From NCBI GenBank assembly GCA_963836205.1, contig CAWIIV010000017.1, forward strand, positions 96,001 to 160,000: DNA of 64,000 nucleotides, written 5' to 3'. Positions 29,205 to 40,013 of the stretch are shown here, piece by piece (position 1 is the stretch's first letter; each line of letters begins with the position of its first letter). The position numbers and the translations under genes were made by a program. The notes beneath the pieces were generated by a model. The model had not been told where the DNA came from and made no database searches. It saw nothing but the letters and a program-made list of their open reading frames with translations. The stretch is from an uncultured Acidimicrobiia bacterium (lineage in GTDB: Bacteria > Actinomycetota > Acidimicrobiia > Acidimicrobiales > AC-14).

Positions 29205-29863
29205 GGGATGCGGTAGCCGGCGCCGGCCACCGTCTCCACCAGGGGCGGGTTGCCGAGCTTGCGCCGGAGCTTGACCATGGTGACCCGCACGGCGTTGGTG
29301 AAGGGGTCGGCGTGCTCGTCCCACGCCCGCTCCAGCAGCTCCTCTGCGCTCACCACCGCCCCGTCGGCCGCCAGCAGCACCTCCAGCACCGCCAGCTCCT
29401 TGTTGGTGAGGCGGAGGAAGTGGCCGTCCCGGCTGGCCACCCGGCGGGCGGGGTCGACGGTGACGCCGCCCCGCACGATCACCGGGGGCAGGGCCGGCCG
29501 CGACCGGCGGGCGAGGGCTCGGACCCGGGCCACCAGCTCGGCGAAGGCGAACGGCTTGGGCAGGTAGTCGTCGGCGCCCAGGGTGAGCCCGTCGACCCGG
29601 TCGTCGACCCCACCGGACGCGGTCAGCATGAGAATCCTCGGCGCCGCGGCGTCGAGGCTGCCGGTGACCTTGCGGCACACGTCGTCGCCGTGGACGCCGG
29701 GGAGGTCGCGGTCGAGAACGACCACGTCGTAGCGGTAGACGGCGATGCGTTCGAGGGCCGATGCACCGTCGTGGACGACGTCGACCGCCATCGCCTCCCG
29801 GCGCAGCCCGCGGGCGATGGCGTCGGCCAGGACCGTCTCGTCTTCGACTACCAACACTCGCAT
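29201..29863 (-). CDS. OmpR-family response regulator (CutR-like)
   Basis: MRVLVVEDE, LDRDLPGVHGD, GADDYLPKPF, DPFTNAVRVT. Confidence 0.95.
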   Translation of the reverse strand: MRVLVVEDETVLADAIARGLRREAMAVDVVHDGASALERIAVYRYDVVVLDRDLPGVHGDDVCRKVTGSLDAAAPRILMLTASGGVDDRVDGLTLGADDYLPKPFAFAELVARVRALARRSRPALPPVIVRGGVTVDPARRVASRDGHFLRLTNKELAVLEVLLAADGAVVSAEELLERAWDEHADPFTNAVRVTMVKLRRKLGNPPLVETVAGAGYRIP

Positions 29864-29995
29864 CTCGATCCCCAGGCTGCGCTTCCGGCCATAACGCTGA
29901 CATAACCAACTGGGTTTACGGCGTCGATAGGGCCGATTTCGTCCACTGGCGGTGGCCGTGGGCGGCGATCGTCCGCCCGGCCAGGAGGATTCGCC

Positions 29996-30682
29996 GTGAG
30001 ACGACACCGGAGAGGCCGGCGCCTGCTGGTGGCGCCGGCGATCTTGATGGCCGTGGCCCTGGCCGTCGCCACCGCCGGCTGCGGGGGTTCGCCGTCGGCC
30101 GATGCTCAGGTTGCGTCCGCCAACGGGACGGAAGGGGTGAAGGCCAAGGCCAAGGATGCGGCCACCAAGAAGGCCGACGCCGAGAAGGCCGGGCTCGAGT
30201 TCGCCAGGTGCATGCGAGAGCACGGCGTCGACATGCCCGATCCCAAGAGCGGGCCCGACGGCAACGGCTTCATCATGGTCGGCCCGTCGGCCGCGACCGC
30301 CACCGCCACCGCCACCGCCACCGCCGGTGAGCCGATCGCCGGCGAAGGCCTGCCAGAGGAGTTCAAGGAGGCCGACGAGGCCTGCCGGCACCTCCTCGAC
30401 GACCTCATCCAGGACGGCGGTCCGCCGATGGACGCCGAGGCCCAGGACAAGGCCCTCAAGTTCGCCAAGTGCATGCGGGAGCACGGCGTCGACATGCCCG
30501 ACCCAGACTTCTCGGGCGGCGGCGGTGGGTTCAGCATTCGCATCGGCGGCGAGGGCGGAGGCATCGACCCTGGCTCGCAGACGTTCCAGGACGCCCAGAA
30601 GGCGTGTGGCGGGATGTTCGGGCCGGGCGGGGACGGGCCCGGCGAGGTCCACTCGATCACCTCGGGCGCGGTGCGGTCGTGA
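29996..30682 (+). CDS. Lipoprotein with duplicated [15 protein letters not shown] motif
   Basis: Lipobox TAGC; two CMREHG repeats; first gene of ABC cluster. Confidence 0.85.
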   Translation: MRRHRRGRRLLVAPAILMAVALAVATAGCGGSPSADAQVASANGTEGVKAKAKDAATKKADAEKAGLEFARCMREHGVDMPDPKSGPDGNGFIMVGPSAATATATATATAGEPIAGEGLPEEFKEADEACRHLLDDLIQDGGPPMDAEAQDKALKFAKCMREHGVDMPDPDFSGGGGGFSIRIGGEGGGIDPGSQTFQDAQKACGGMFGPGGDGPGEVHSITSGAVRS

Positions 30683-31860
30683 GCCGGCGGGGAGCGATGG
30701 TCGACGACGGGCCGCCGGTCGTCTTCGACGGCCAGGCGCCGTGGGACCCCCGACAGCGGTGGTCGCCGCCGGTCGGCCGGGGGCGGCGGCGGCGGACGAG
30801 GGTGGCGGCGCTGGCCGTCACCGCCGGCCTCCTGGCCACGGCCGGCGTGATCGTCGTGTCCCGGTCGGTCGGGGGCGGCGGCGCGGGCGCGGGCGGGGCG
30901 GCGGCGGGCCCGGCCACGTCGACCGCCAAGGTCACCCGCCAGGACCTGGTCGCCCGCACCGAGGTCGACGGCACCCTCGGCTACTCGGGGGAGATGGGCG
31001 TGGTCAACCAGGCCCAGGGCACGGTGACGTCGGTCCCCAAGGTGGGCACGGTCGTGGAGCGGGGCCAGACGTTGTACTCGGTCGCCAACCGCCCCGTCCC
31101 CCTGCTCTTCGGCGAGCTCCCCGCCTGGCGGCGCATGGCCCAGGACGTCGACGGCGCCGACGCCCTCCAGCTCGAGCAGAACCTGGTGGCCCTCGGCCAC
31201 GCCTCCGAGTCGGAGATGCTGGTCGACGGCAAGTTCACCGCCGCCACCACCGCCGCCGTCAAGCGCTGGCAGAAGGCCATGGGGGTGGATCAGACGGGCG
31301 TGGTCGAGCTGGGGGAAGCGGTGTTCCTGCCCGGCGCCCTGCGGGTGGCGGACGTGAACGCGGCCGTCGGCGGCGGCGCCCCGCCCGGGTCGCCGATCCT
31401 CACCGGCACCTCGACCGACCGGGTGGTGCAGGTCGACCTCGACGCCACCAAGCAGTCGCTGGTGAAGGCGGGCGACCCGGTGGAGATCAAGCTCCCCAAC
31501 GGGTCGACGACGCCGGGAACGGTGGCCGAGGTCGGAACCGTGGCCCGGGCCGCCGGCCAGGGAGACAGTCGCCGGCTGATCTCGATGACGATCACCCCCG
31601 ACGATCCGTCCGCCACCGGCGCCCTCGACCAGGCCCCGGTGAAGGTGGGGATCACCAGCTCCCGGCGGGAGGGCGTGCTGGCGGTGCCGGTGAACGCCCT
31701 CCTGGCCCTGGCCGAGGGCGGCTACGGGGTCCGGGTGGTGGACGGCGCCCCCGAGGGCCGGATCGTGGTGGTAGAGACCGGTCTGTTCTCCCGAGGCCTG
31801 GTGGAGGTCAGCGGCGAGGGTCTGTCCGAGGGCACCGACGTGGAGGTGCCGGCATCGTGA
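30679..31860 (+). CDS. Peptidoglycan-binding / membrane-fusion adaptor protein
   Basis: [40 protein letters not shown]. Confidence 0.88.
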   Translation: MSRRGAMVDDGPPVVFDGQAPWDPRQRWSPPVGRGRRRRTRVAALAVTAGLLATAGVIVVSRSVGGGGAGAGGAAAGPATSTAKVTRQDLVARTEVDGTLGYSGEMGVVNQAQGTVTSVPKVGTVVERGQTLYSVANRPVPLLFGELPAWRRMAQDVDGADALQLEQNLVALGHASESEMLVDGKFTAATTAAVKRWQKAMGVDQTGVVELGEAVFLPGALRVADVNAAVGGGAPPGSPILTGTSTDRVVQVDLDATKQSLVKAGDPVEIKLPNGSTTPGTVAEVGTVARAAGQGDSRRLISMTITPDDPSATGALDQAPVKVGITSSRREGVLAVPVNALLALAEGGYGVRVVDGAPEGRIVVVETGLFSRGLVEVSGEGLSEGTDVEVPAS

Positions 31861-32546
31861 CCTCGGGCACCAACGTGGTGGAGCTGCGGGGGGTGGCCAA
31901 GCGCTACCCGGGGGCGCCGCCGGTGGAGGTCCTGCGAGGGATCGACCTGGAGATCGGGGCGGGCGAGCTGCTCGCCATCGTGGGGCCGTCGGGGTCGGGC
32001 AAGTCGACCCTCCTCCATCTGGTGGGCACCCTCGACCGCCCGTCGGACGGGATCGTGCGGGTCGCCGGCCACGACGTCGACCGGCTGTCGGACCGGGCCC
32101 TGTCGGCGCTCCGGGCCCGCACCATCGGCTTCGTGTTCCAGCAGTTCTTCCTGCTCGACGGGATGAGCGCGCTCGACAACGTCGCCCAGGGCCTCCTCTA
32201 CCACGGTGTCCCTTCCCGGGAACGGCGGCGACGGGCGGCGGCGGCCTTGGAACGGGTGGGGTTGGGGCACCGGGTGGAGCACCGTCCCGCGCAGCTGTCG
32301 GGCGGCGAGCGACAACGGGTGGCCATCGCCCGGGCGGTGGTGGCCCGGCCGGCCCTCGTCTTGGCCGACGAGCCCACCGGCAACCTCGACAGCCGGTCGA
32401 GCGACGAGGTGTTCGCGGTGCTGGCCGAGCTCAACGCCGACGGGACCACGGTGGTGGTCGTCACCCACGACCGGGAGCGGGCGGCGGCCCTGCCCCGGAC
32501 GGTGGAGATCCTCGACGGCCGGGTCCGGCGGGAGGTGCGGGTGTGA
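31857..32546 (+). CDS. ABC transporter ATP-binding protein (MacB/LolD type)
   Basis: [32 protein letters not shown]. Confidence 0.95.
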   Translation: MTSGTNVVELRGVAKRYPGAPPVEVLRGIDLEIGAGELLAIVGPSGSGKSTLLHLVGTLDRPSDGIVRVAGHDVDRLSDRALSALRARTIGFVFQQFFLLDGMSALDNVAQGLLYHGVPSRERRRRAAAALERVGLGHRVEHRPAQLSGGERQRVAIARAVVARPALVLADEPTGNLDSRSSDEVFAVLAELNADGTTVVVVTHDRERAAALPRTVEILDGRVRREVRV

Positions 32547-33742
32547 CCGCCATCCTGGTCCCGGCCCGGATGGCGGCGGCCGACGTGTTCCGGGTGGGCA
32601 GCGTGGGGCTGCGCACCCGCCGGCTGCGCACCGGCCTGTCCGGGCTGGGAATCGCCCTCGGCATCGCGGCCATGGTGTCGGTGCTGGGGATCTCGGCCTC
32701 GAGCCGGGCCGACCTCCTGGCCACGCTCGACCGCCTGGGCACCAACCTGCTCACCGTCACCCCCGGCCAGACCCTGTTCGGCGAGGACGCGTCCCTGCCC
32801 GAGGAGTCGGTGGGGATGATCGGCCGCGTCGGGCCGGTGGAGTCGGTGAGCGCGACCGGGAACGTGTCCGCCTCCGTCCGCCGCACCGACCTCATCCCCG
32901 AGTCGGAGACGGGCGGGATCTCGGTGAAGGCGGCCCGCACCGACCTGCCGGGCGTGCTCGGTGCCACCGTCCGGTCCGGGCGCTTCCTCGACGCCGCCAC
33001 CGAGCGCTACCCCGCCGTCGTCCTCGGGTCGGTGGCGGCCGAGCGCCTGGGGATCGTGAAGGCGGACCCGTCGGTCTTGGTGTTCCTGGGCGGGAACTGG
33101 TTCACGGTGGTCGGCATCCTCGACCCGGTGCCGCTGGCGCCGGAGATCGACCGGTCGGCCCTGGTCGGCTTCGGCGTGGCCGAGTCGCTGCTGGGGTTCA
33201 GCGGCCACCCGTCCACCATCTACACCCGTTCGGCGGAGGCCGCGGTGGACGCGGTGCGGGCCGTCCTGCCGGCCACCGCCAACCCGGCCAACCCCGAGGA
33301 GGTTCGGGTCAGCCGGCCGTCGGACGCGCTGGCGGCCAAGGTCGCCACCGACGACGCCTTCACCGCCCTGTTCCTCGGGCTGGGGGCCGTCGCCCTGCTG
33401 GTCGGAGGCGTCGGTATCGCCAACGTGATGGTGATCTCGGTGCTGGAGCGGCGTTCGGAGGTCGGGCTGCGGCGGGCGCTGGGGGCCACTCGGGGGCAGG
33501 TGCGGTTGCAGTTCCTGTCCGAGTCGCTCCTGCTGTCGGCCCTCGGAGGTGTGGCGGGGGCGGGGCTGGGGGCGGCGGTGACCGCCGGGTACGCCATGTC
33601 CCGAGGGTGGACGGTGGTCGTGCCGATGGTGGCCCTGGGTGCGGCGGTCGGTGCCGCGCTCGTCATCGGGGCCGTCGCCGGCCTCTACCCGGCCATGCGG
33701 GCGGCCCGCCTGTCGCCGACGGAGGCGTTGCGGTCGGTGTGA
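32543..33742 (+). CDS. ABC transporter permease (MacB/FtsX type)
   Basis: [48 protein letters not shown]. Confidence 0.95.
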   Translation: MTAILVPARMAAADVFRVGSVGLRTRRLRTGLSGLGIALGIAAMVSVLGISASSRADLLATLDRLGTNLLTVTPGQTLFGEDASLPEESVGMIGRVGPVESVSATGNVSASVRRTDLIPESETGGISVKAARTDLPGVLGATVRSGRFLDAATERYPAVVLGSVAAERLGIVKADPSVLVFLGGNWFTVVGILDPVPLAPEIDRSALVGFGVAESLLGFSGHPSTIYTRSAEAAVDAVRAVLPATANPANPEEVRVSRPSDALAAKVATDDAFTALFLGLGAVALLVGGVGIANVMVISVLERRSEVGLRRALGATRGQVRLQFLSESLLLSALGGVAGAGLGAAVTAGYAMSRGWTVVVPMVALGAAVGAALVIGAVAGLYPAMRAARLSPTEALRSV

Positions 33743-33763
33743 GCGTCGCTCGCGGTCAGGCGG

Positions 33764-34495
33764 TCAGCGGCCGCCGCCGAGCAGCCCGCCGAGGACGCCG
33801 GCCGCACCGGCACCCCCCGACTGGCCGGGCATGATCGATCGGATCCATGCCTGCAGGGCGCTCGGGTTCCGGGTCTGGGTCATCACCCAGCCGGGGCCGA
33901 CGAAGTCGAACACGAAGCCCTCGCCCGACTTCAGGGTGGCCATCATGCCGGTGGCCACCTTGCGCATCTGGCTCTGGACCTGCGGACTGAACGCGACCAC
34001 GTGGCCGGTGTCGATGGTGATCGACTCGCCTTCGGCCAAATGGATGGTGTCGAGCGCGCCGTAGCAGGCGATGAGCGCCTTCCCGTGGCCGGAGGCGTGG
34101 ACGAGGAACCCGCCCTCGCCGCCGAACAGGTTCTTGAACCCGCCCCACTTGGTGTCGAGCTCGACGCTGGCGGCGGAGGCCAGCCAGCAGCCCCGGGTGA
34201 TGAGGACGGGCTGGTCAGGGGCAACGTCGGCCACGATGATGTCGCCCGGCAGGTGGTGGGCCACGTCGACCCAACCGCCGCCGGCGGGAGCGGTGTAGAT
34301 GGTGACGAACAGGCTCTCGCCGCCCAGAGCCGAGCGCTTCAGGCCCTTCATCAGGCCACCTTGGGTGTTCGACTCGACCGAGACCCCCGACGAGGTGGCC
34401 ATCATCGCCCCCGACTCGGTGCGGAGCTTCTCCCCCGGTTCGAGGGTGACTCGGGCGGCGGCGAAGGAGGGACTGTGACGGAGGTCGACGTTCAT
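33764..34495 (-). CDS. TIGR00266/AIM24 family protein
   Basis: PSFAAARVTL, ESGAM, GGESLF, GGEG, IDTGHVVAF, SGEGFV, QTRN. Confidence 0.92.
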   Translation of the reverse strand: MNVDLRHSPSFAAARVTLEPGEKLRTESGAMMATSSGVSVESNTQGGLMKGLKRSALGGESLFVTIYTAPAGGGWVDVAHHLPGDIIVADVAPDQPVLITRGCWLASAASVELDTKWGGFKNLFGGEGGFLVHASGHGKALIACYGALDTIHLAEGESITIDTGHVVAFSPQVQSQMRKVATGMMATLKSGEGFVFDFVGPGWVMTQTRNPSALQAWIRSIMPGQSGGAGAAGVLGGLLGGGR

Positions 34496-34536
34496 ACGGG
34501 CAGGGTAACCCCGGGGGATGTGAAATCGTCTGGCGA

Positions 34537-34678
34537 TGAGCTCCTCCGCCTCCCGGCCGAGGCCTGGCTGCGCCTGACGTTCGGCCGTCTCACCACCGAC
34601 CACACGCCCCCCGCCGTCACCCTCACCGGCGACGCCGTCACCCTCGACGACCTTCGCCGGGTGTTCCCCGGCATCTGA
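34537..34678 (+). pseudogene. C-terminal remnant of a maleylpyruvate isomerase (MDMPI)-family gene
   Basis: LRLPAEAWLRLTFGRL...LDDLRRVFPG; no intact N-terminus. Confidence 0.6.
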
Positions 34679-35101
34679 GCAAGCCGCCCGGCCGGCTCGA
34701 CGGCCCCGGCTGAAGGCGGGGCCGACCCTCCCGGCCGACTACGCAGAGCCCGCTCCGCCGACCCGCTGGACCTGCGTCCGAGCCGTGCCCCGTTCGACCC
34801 GTCGCCCCCGTCCACGCCGCTGACCCGTTCGAATGACTGCGACGCCGACCGACGCGTCGGACCCCGTCCACCTCGAACTCTGCTGATCCCGGCCGACAAG
34901 TCCGACGCCGTCCGCCATGAGACCCCGGCCCCGTCGATGCCGGCTTGAACCGCACTCCGCCCGCGGAGTCGCGGCCGAACCCGCCACCCCGGCCCGCCCG
35001 TAGGGCGGTATGCCGCGTACTGAGTGCCGTCGTACCGTCAGACGTTCTTCCGGTCGGTCTCGCTCGAGCACTGTCCTGACGCTTGTCGCCGCAACTGGTA
35101 C

Positions 35102-35131
35102 TTGCACTACGAACACATGTTCGTGTAGAGT
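35102..35131 (+). promoter_or_regulatory. Promoter with LexA (SOS) box
   Basis: TTGCAC, then CGAACACATGTTCG (35110-35123), then TAGAGT; fits the actinobacterial CGAAC-N4-GTTCG consensus. Confidence 0.85.
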
Positions 35132-35177
35132 GGGGGTACTTCCCCCTTGGTCAGGTGCTCGACCGGGGAGTCCGGCG

Positions 35178-36335
35178 ATGGACGTGGTGACTGGGCTGGT
35201 GGCGGCGGTCGACGCGCTGTGCGCGGCCGATCCCTCGACGCTGGCCGACGGCGAGAGCATCGTGGCCCTCGACCGCCAGCGGCAACGGCTGACGGCGGTG
35301 CTCACCCGGGCCTCGGCCGCCTTCGACTCGGCAGGTTCGTGGGCCGACGACGGCGCCCGCTCGGCAGCCAGGTGGATGGCGGCCCGCTGTGGCCTGCCGG
35401 TGGGCAGTGCCCGGGAGCGGGTGCATCTCGGTCGTGGGCTACGACACATGGCGCTGGTTGAGCAGGCATGGCTGGCGGGCGACGTCGGCCAGGCCCAGGT
35501 CTCGGCGTTGGCGGCGGCTCGCACCGAGGCCACGGCCGACTGTTTTGCCCGGGACGAGGAGATGTTGGTCTCCCAGGCCAAGGAGCTCAGTCACCGCCAC
35601 TTCAGCCGGGCCCTGGCCTACTGGGCCCAGCACGCCGATCCCGACGGAGCCGAGGACAAGGCCGCCGCCCAACGTGATGCCCGGCGCCTGCACCTGTCGG
35701 CCGGCTTCGAGGGGACCTGGGTCCTCGACGGGCTGCTCGACCCCATCTCGGGATCGATCGTGGCCGATGCCCTCAAGGCGGTGGAGGAGGAACTCTTCGC
35801 CGCCGACTGGGCCGAGGCCAAGGAGAGAGTGGGAGAGTCGGTGTGCGCAGCCGACCTGGGCCGCCGCCCGGCCCAGCGCCGGGCCGACGCCCTCGTCGAG
35901 CTGGCTCGGCGGGCCATGGCCATGCCGGCGGGAGCACGGATGCCCGAGCCGCTGTTCAGCGTCCTCGTCGGCTACGAGACCTTCGCCGGACGCATCTGCG
36001 AGCTGGCCGACGGCACCGTGGTCACGCCGGGGTCGCTCGTTTCCTGGCTCGACCAGGCGTGGGTGGAGCGGGTCGTCTTCGAGGGAGCGGATCGGGTCAC
36101 CAACGTGGGCGTTCGTCGGCGCATCTTCGCCGGGGCCACCCGCCGGGCGGTGCAGGTCCGGGACCGGGAGTGCTTCCACGAGACCTGCGAGGCCCCCACC
36201 GACGAATGCCAGGTCGACCACGTCCAGCCCTGGGCCATGGGCGGGCTCACCGTCGACGACAACGGCCGCCTGGCCTGCGCCTTCCACAACCGCCTGCGCC
36301 ACCAATCACGACCGCCGCCATTGCCGCCGCCTTGA
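35178..36335 (+). CDS. DUF222 (13E12 repeat family) HNH endonuclease
   Basis: AQRRADALVEL, RDRECFHETC, CQVDHVQPW..GG.T..NGRLAC.FHN. Confidence 0.92.
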   Translation: MDVVTGLVAAVDALCAADPSTLADGESIVALDRQRQRLTAVLTRASAAFDSAGSWADDGARSAARWMAARCGLPVGSARERVHLGRGLRHMALVEQAWLAGDVGQAQVSALAAARTEATADCFARDEEMLVSQAKELSHRHFSRALAYWAQHADPDGAEDKAAAQRDARRLHLSAGFEGTWVLDGLLDPISGSIVADALKAVEEELFAADWAEAKERVGESVCAADLGRRPAQRRADALVELARRAMAMPAGARMPEPLFSVLVGYETFAGRICELADGTVVTPGSLVSWLDQAWVERVVFEGADRVTNVGVRRRIFAGATRRAVQVRDRECFHETCEAPTDECQVDHVQPWAMGGLTVDDNGRLACAFHNRLRHQSRPPPLPPP

Positions 36336-36421
36336 GCGGGACCGAAGACGGCGGGAACTCCGATCGATTGAACGGCCGGATGAAAGGGGCCGGGGCGGGC
36401 ACGAGCACCGACGGAAGGATC

Positions 36422-36578
36422 GGGCATCGTTGCACCGGGGCGCGGGCCGAGCCGGGACCTCGGGCGCGGCGCGGCATCGTTGCACCGGGGCGCGGCCGAG
36501 CCGGGACCTCGGGCGCGGCGCGGCATCGTTGCACCGGGGCGCGGCCGAGCCGGGACCTCGGGGCGCGGCGCGGCATCG
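36422..36578. repeat. Tandem repeat, ~49-50 bp unit, three copies plus a partial
   Basis: CGGCATCGTTGCACCGGGGCGCGGCCGAGCCGGGACCTCGGGCGCGGCG at 36422, 36472, 36521. Confidence 0.92.
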
Positions 36579-36751
36579 GGGCATCGGGGGCGTCATCGGC
36601 GCACTGGGCCGCGGCGCCGGCATCGGGTCCGGGGTCCGATGGGCGGTGTCGTCGCGGCCGCTGGGAACTGCCGTCTGGCAGCGCGCGTGCCTGACAGGAT
36701 CCGGCTGACGGGCGTTTCGGCGGGGCAGGACACCACGTGAGGAGGTCACCG

Positions 36752-37699
36752 ATGCGCATCTGCCTGATGGTCGAGGGCCAGGAGGACGTGACGTGGGCGG
36801 AGTGGGTCGCCCTGGCCACCGCGTGCGAGGACGCCGGGCTCGACGGGCTGTTCCGCTCCGACCACTACCTCACGGTCCAGGGCCGGCCCGAGCGGGGCGC
36901 GCTCGATGCGTGGGCCGCCATCGCGGCATTGGCGGCCGTCACCGAGCGCATCCGGTTGGGCACACTCGTCTCGCCGGTCACCTTCCGGCATCCGTCGGTG
37001 CTGGCCAAGATGGTGGTGACCGCCGACCACGTGTCGGGGGGCCGGGTCGAGCTCGGCATCGGGGCCGGCTGGCACGAGCCCGAGCACCGGACCTTCGGCT
37101 TCCCCTTCCCACCCACCGAGACCCGGGTGGAGATGCTCGAGGAGCAGATCGAGATCGTGCGCCGGTCGTGGGAGCCGGGGCCGTTCGACTTCCACGGCCG
37201 CCATTACCAGCTCGAGGGTTGCGACGCCCGGCCCAAGCCCGCCACCCGGCCCCACCCCAACCTGATCGTGGGCGGCAGCGGCGGGCCCCGCAGCGTCGCC
37301 CTCGCCGCCCGGTGGGCGGACGAGTACAACACCGTGTTCCCCACACCCGACGTCTGCCGGGAGCGCCGGCGGAAGGTGGATGACGCGTGGCGGGCGGCGG
37401 GCCGCGACCCGTCCACCGCGGTGTTCTCGGTGATGACCGGCTGCATCATCGGCACCGACGAGGACGACCTCCTCCGGCGGGCGAGGCGGGTGATGGACCG
37501 CCATCAGGGGACAGGCCCCGAGCCGGACTGGCTGGCCGGGCGGCCCGAAGAGTGGGTCGTGGGCACCGTCGACGACGCCGTCGACCAGTTGCGCACCCTC
37601 GAGGAGGCCGGCGTGCAGCGGGTGATGCTCCAGCACCAGACCAACGACGACGTCGCGATGGTCCACCTTCTGGGCGAGGTCGCCCGCCGCCTGGAGTAG
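36752..37699 (+). CDS. LLM class (probably F420-dependent) oxidoreductase
   Basis: MVEGQE, FRSDHY, LGTLVSPVTFRHP, SGGRVELGIGAGW, ADEYN. Confidence 0.93.
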   Translation: MRICLMVEGQEDVTWAEWVALATACEDAGLDGLFRSDHYLTVQGRPERGALDAWAAIAALAAVTERIRLGTLVSPVTFRHPSVLAKMVVTADHVSGGRVELGIGAGWHEPEHRTFGFPFPPTETRVEMLEEQIEIVRRSWEPGPFDFHGRHYQLEGCDARPKPATRPHPNLIVGGSGGPRSVALAARWADEYNTVFPTPDVCRERRRKVDDAWRAAGRDPSTAVFSVMTGCIIGTDEDDLLRRARRVMDRHQGTGPEPDWLAGRPEEWVVGTVDDAVDQLRTLEEAGVQRVMLQHQTNDDVAMVHLLGEVARRLE

Positions 37700-37924
37700 C
37701 CCAGCCGCCAGCGATCGGGCCGGCGGGAGCGGCGCGCGGTCGGGGCCGGCCCGAAGCACCTCGGCCAGGGCCGGCGATACCGGGGCCGGCGGGTGGTCGA
37801 CGGCGGCCCGCAGCTGCGCCACCAGATCGGCGGCGGCGGTCAGGCCGGGGTCGTGCCCGGTGAGGCCATCGGCCCGGCCGGAGACCACTAGGTCGGCTAT
37901 CCCCTCGTTGACGAAATCGGGCAT
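37700..37924 (-). pseudogene. Probable truncated anti-sigma/partner gene downstream of ECF sigma
   Basis: ATG 25 bp after the sigma stop; ~60 plausible codons, then runs antisense into the LLM gene without its own stop. Confidence 0.4.
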
Positions 37925-37948
37925 CCAGTAGGTGATCGGCGGCGGCGG

Positions 37949-38512
37949 TCAGCCCGTGACGGCCACTGGCGCCAGCTCTCGGCGGACGGCCAGGATCGCC
38001 CGGTACTGGAGGGCCCGGACGGCGCTCGGCTGCTTGCCCACCGCCTCCGCGACCTGGGCGACCGACAGGTCGGCGACCACCCGCAGGAGGAGCACGGTGC
38101 GTTGGTCGGGCGACAGCCGGTCGAGGACGGCCCGCACCCGGTCCAACTCCACCCGCGAGAGGGCCACGTCCTCCGCCGAGGCGACCCCGGCCCGACCGGC
38201 GACCCCCTCGGCGGCGGCGTCGAGGTCCTCCATCCTCGGGGTACGGGACGTCACCCGCCGGGCGTCGACGATGCGGTGGTGGGCGATGGTGAACACCCAG
38301 CTCCGGAACTGGGCCTCGGTGCCCCGGAACGCTCCCAGGCCGATGAAGGCGGCCAGGAAGACCTCGTTGACGACGTCCTCCGGGTCATTGATCCCCTGCA
38401 TGCGGACATAGGCGCTCACCGCGGGGGACAGCCATCCGTGCAGGCGGCTGAACGCCCACCCCTCGTTCGCCTGGGCTGCGTTGAGAACTTCGTCGAAGAC
38501 GTCGAGTGCCAA
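37949..38512 (-). CDS. ECF RNA polymerase sigma factor
   Basis: PEDVVNEVF, FRSWVFTIAHHRIVDARR, LSPDQR, VRALQYRA. Confidence 0.93.
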   Translation of the reverse strand: MALDVFDEVLNAAQANEGWAFSRLHGWLSPAVSAYVRMQGINDPEDVVNEVFLAAFIGLGAFRGTEAQFRSWVFTIAHHRIVDARRVTSRTPRMEDLDAAAEGVAGRAGVASAEDVALSRVELDRVRAVLDRLSPDQRTVLLLRVVADLSVAQVAEAVGKQPSAVRALQYRAILAVRRELAPVAVTG

Positions 38513-38744
38513 AATCGTCCGTCCCAGGGCCGCTGGTCCTCCGGTATCGGCCGCACCCGGCCGGGACTTGAGTCGACCGCGTGGGCCGAATGATGCATTT
38601 TGGCCGTCACGGACTCGGGGTCCGCGGCGATGGCCTGGGTGACGCTCTGGCGCACCCGTCCCGTGCCTGCCGGCCCCGATCTCGCAACGAGATTGGGGCT
38701 GGAGCGCGCCGGGGCCGACGACCGCTCAGCCCCGGCCTCCCAGA

Positions 38745-39737
38745 GTGGCAACCATCGCCGTAGAATCGGGGCCCATGGCCGTTCGGAGCGAGATCCGGCT
38801 GGAAGACGACCTGGAGCAGTACCGGCGGGAGCTCACCGGGTACTGCTACCGGATGCTCGGCTCGAACTTCGAAGCCGACGACGCCGTCCAGGAGACGATG
38901 GTGCGGGCGTGGAAAGGGATCGACAGCTTCGAGGGTCGCTCGGCGATGCGCTCGTGGCTGTACCGGATCGCCACCAACGTCTGCCTCGACATGCTCCGGA
39001 GCCGCCAGCGCCGAGCTTTGGCGATGGACCTCGGCCCTTCCTCGCCGGCCGACGCCTTCACCGGTGCCACCCGCCCCGAGCACGCCTGGCTGCAACCCGT
39101 CCCCGACGCCCGGGTGATCCCCACCGACGGCGACCCGGCCGCGGTGGCCGAGTCGCGAGAGTCGATCAAGCTCGCCTTCGTCACCGCACTTCAGGCCCTT
39201 CCTCCCCGCCAGCGGGCCGTGCTCATCCTGCGGGAGGTCCTGCGCTGGCAGGCCACCGAGGTGGCCGAGCTGCTCGAAACCACGGTGGCGTCGGTGAACA
39301 GTGCCCTCCAACGGGCCCGGGCCACGCTCGCCGCCCGCAACGACGGCTCGCCCGAGCCGGAGGTGGTCAGCGCCGCCCACCAGGAGCTCCTGGCTCGCTA
39401 CGTCGACGCCTTCGAGCGCTACGACATCACCGCCCTGGTCAAGCTCCTCCACAACGACGCCGTCATGTCGATGCCGCCCTACGACTTCTGGCTGCGGGGA
39501 CCGGTGGAGATGGGCAAGTGGTTCCTGGGCAACGGCATCGGCTGCAAGGGGTCGCGGCTGATCCCGGTGGCGGCCAACGGCCACGCCGCCTACGGGTCGT
39601 ACAAGCCCGGCGCCGACGGGGGACTGCACCCGTGGTCGATCCAGGTCATCGAGATCTCAGGCGACCGGATCGTCGGGCACCACAACTTCCTCGACACCAC
39701 GCTGTTCCCCGCGTTCGGGCTCCCCGACCACCTGTAG
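38745..39737 (+). CDS. ECF sigma factor with C-terminal SnoaL-like domain (SigG-like)
   Basis: YCYRMLGS.FEADDAVQET, WLYRIATNVCLD, LPPRQRAVLILREVL, SMPP, ANG. Confidence 0.94.
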   Translation: MATIAVESGPMAVRSEIRLEDDLEQYRRELTGYCYRMLGSNFEADDAVQETMVRAWKGIDSFEGRSAMRSWLYRIATNVCLDMLRSRQRRALAMDLGPSSPADAFTGATRPEHAWLQPVPDARVIPTDGDPAAVAESRESIKLAFVTALQALPPRQRAVLILREVLRWQATEVAELLETTVASVNSALQRARATLAARNDGSPEPEVVSAAHQELLARYVDAFERYDITALVKLLHNDAVMSMPPYDFWLRGPVEMGKWFLGNGIGCKGSRLIPVAANGHAAYGSYKPGADGGLHPWSIQVIEISGDRIVGHHNFLDTTLFPAFGLPDHL

Positions 39738-40013
39738 GACGGCACCGGTCGCGCCGGCCACCGCCCGGGCCAGGCCCAGGAAGGCGAGCAGGGCGGTCAG
39801 CTCGCCGCACGCGTCGCGGAGCTTGACCGAGCAGCCCAGACGGCGGGCGGCCAGCTGCAGGCGGGCGAGGTCGTCGACCACCGCCAGGTCGACCGGGCCG
39901 CAGAGCCCCAGCGGCCAGCTGGCGATCTCGACGCCGTCCCGCGTCAGAACCACCACCGCGACCACACCGTCCGGATGCACGATCGTACGACGACCGCCGG
40001 CGTCCAAAATCAT
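39657..40013 (-). CDS. STAS-like small protein overlapping the sigma 3' end
   Basis: DLAVVDDLARLQLAARRLG...L..LL...GL; ends GEPERGEQRGVEEVV.PDDPVA; start uncertain. Confidence 0.75.
   Translation of the reverse strand: MILDAGGRRTIVHPDGVVAVVVLTRDGVEIASWPLGLCGPVDLAVVDDLARLQLAARRLGCSVKLRDACGELTALLAFLGLARAVAGATGAVLQVVGEPERGEQRGVEEVVVPDDPVA

Noticed and set aside
30295-30325. (GCCACC)n repeat as a phase-variation switch
   Set aside because: Hexamer unit stays in frame and encodes an Ala-Thr linker
29996-33742. Lipoprotein-adaptor-ABC cluster as a novel system
   Set aside because: Common actinobacterial arrangement beside a two-component system
36422-36578. Possible CRISPR array
   Set aside because: Units are contiguous with no unique spacers, and no cas genes are present
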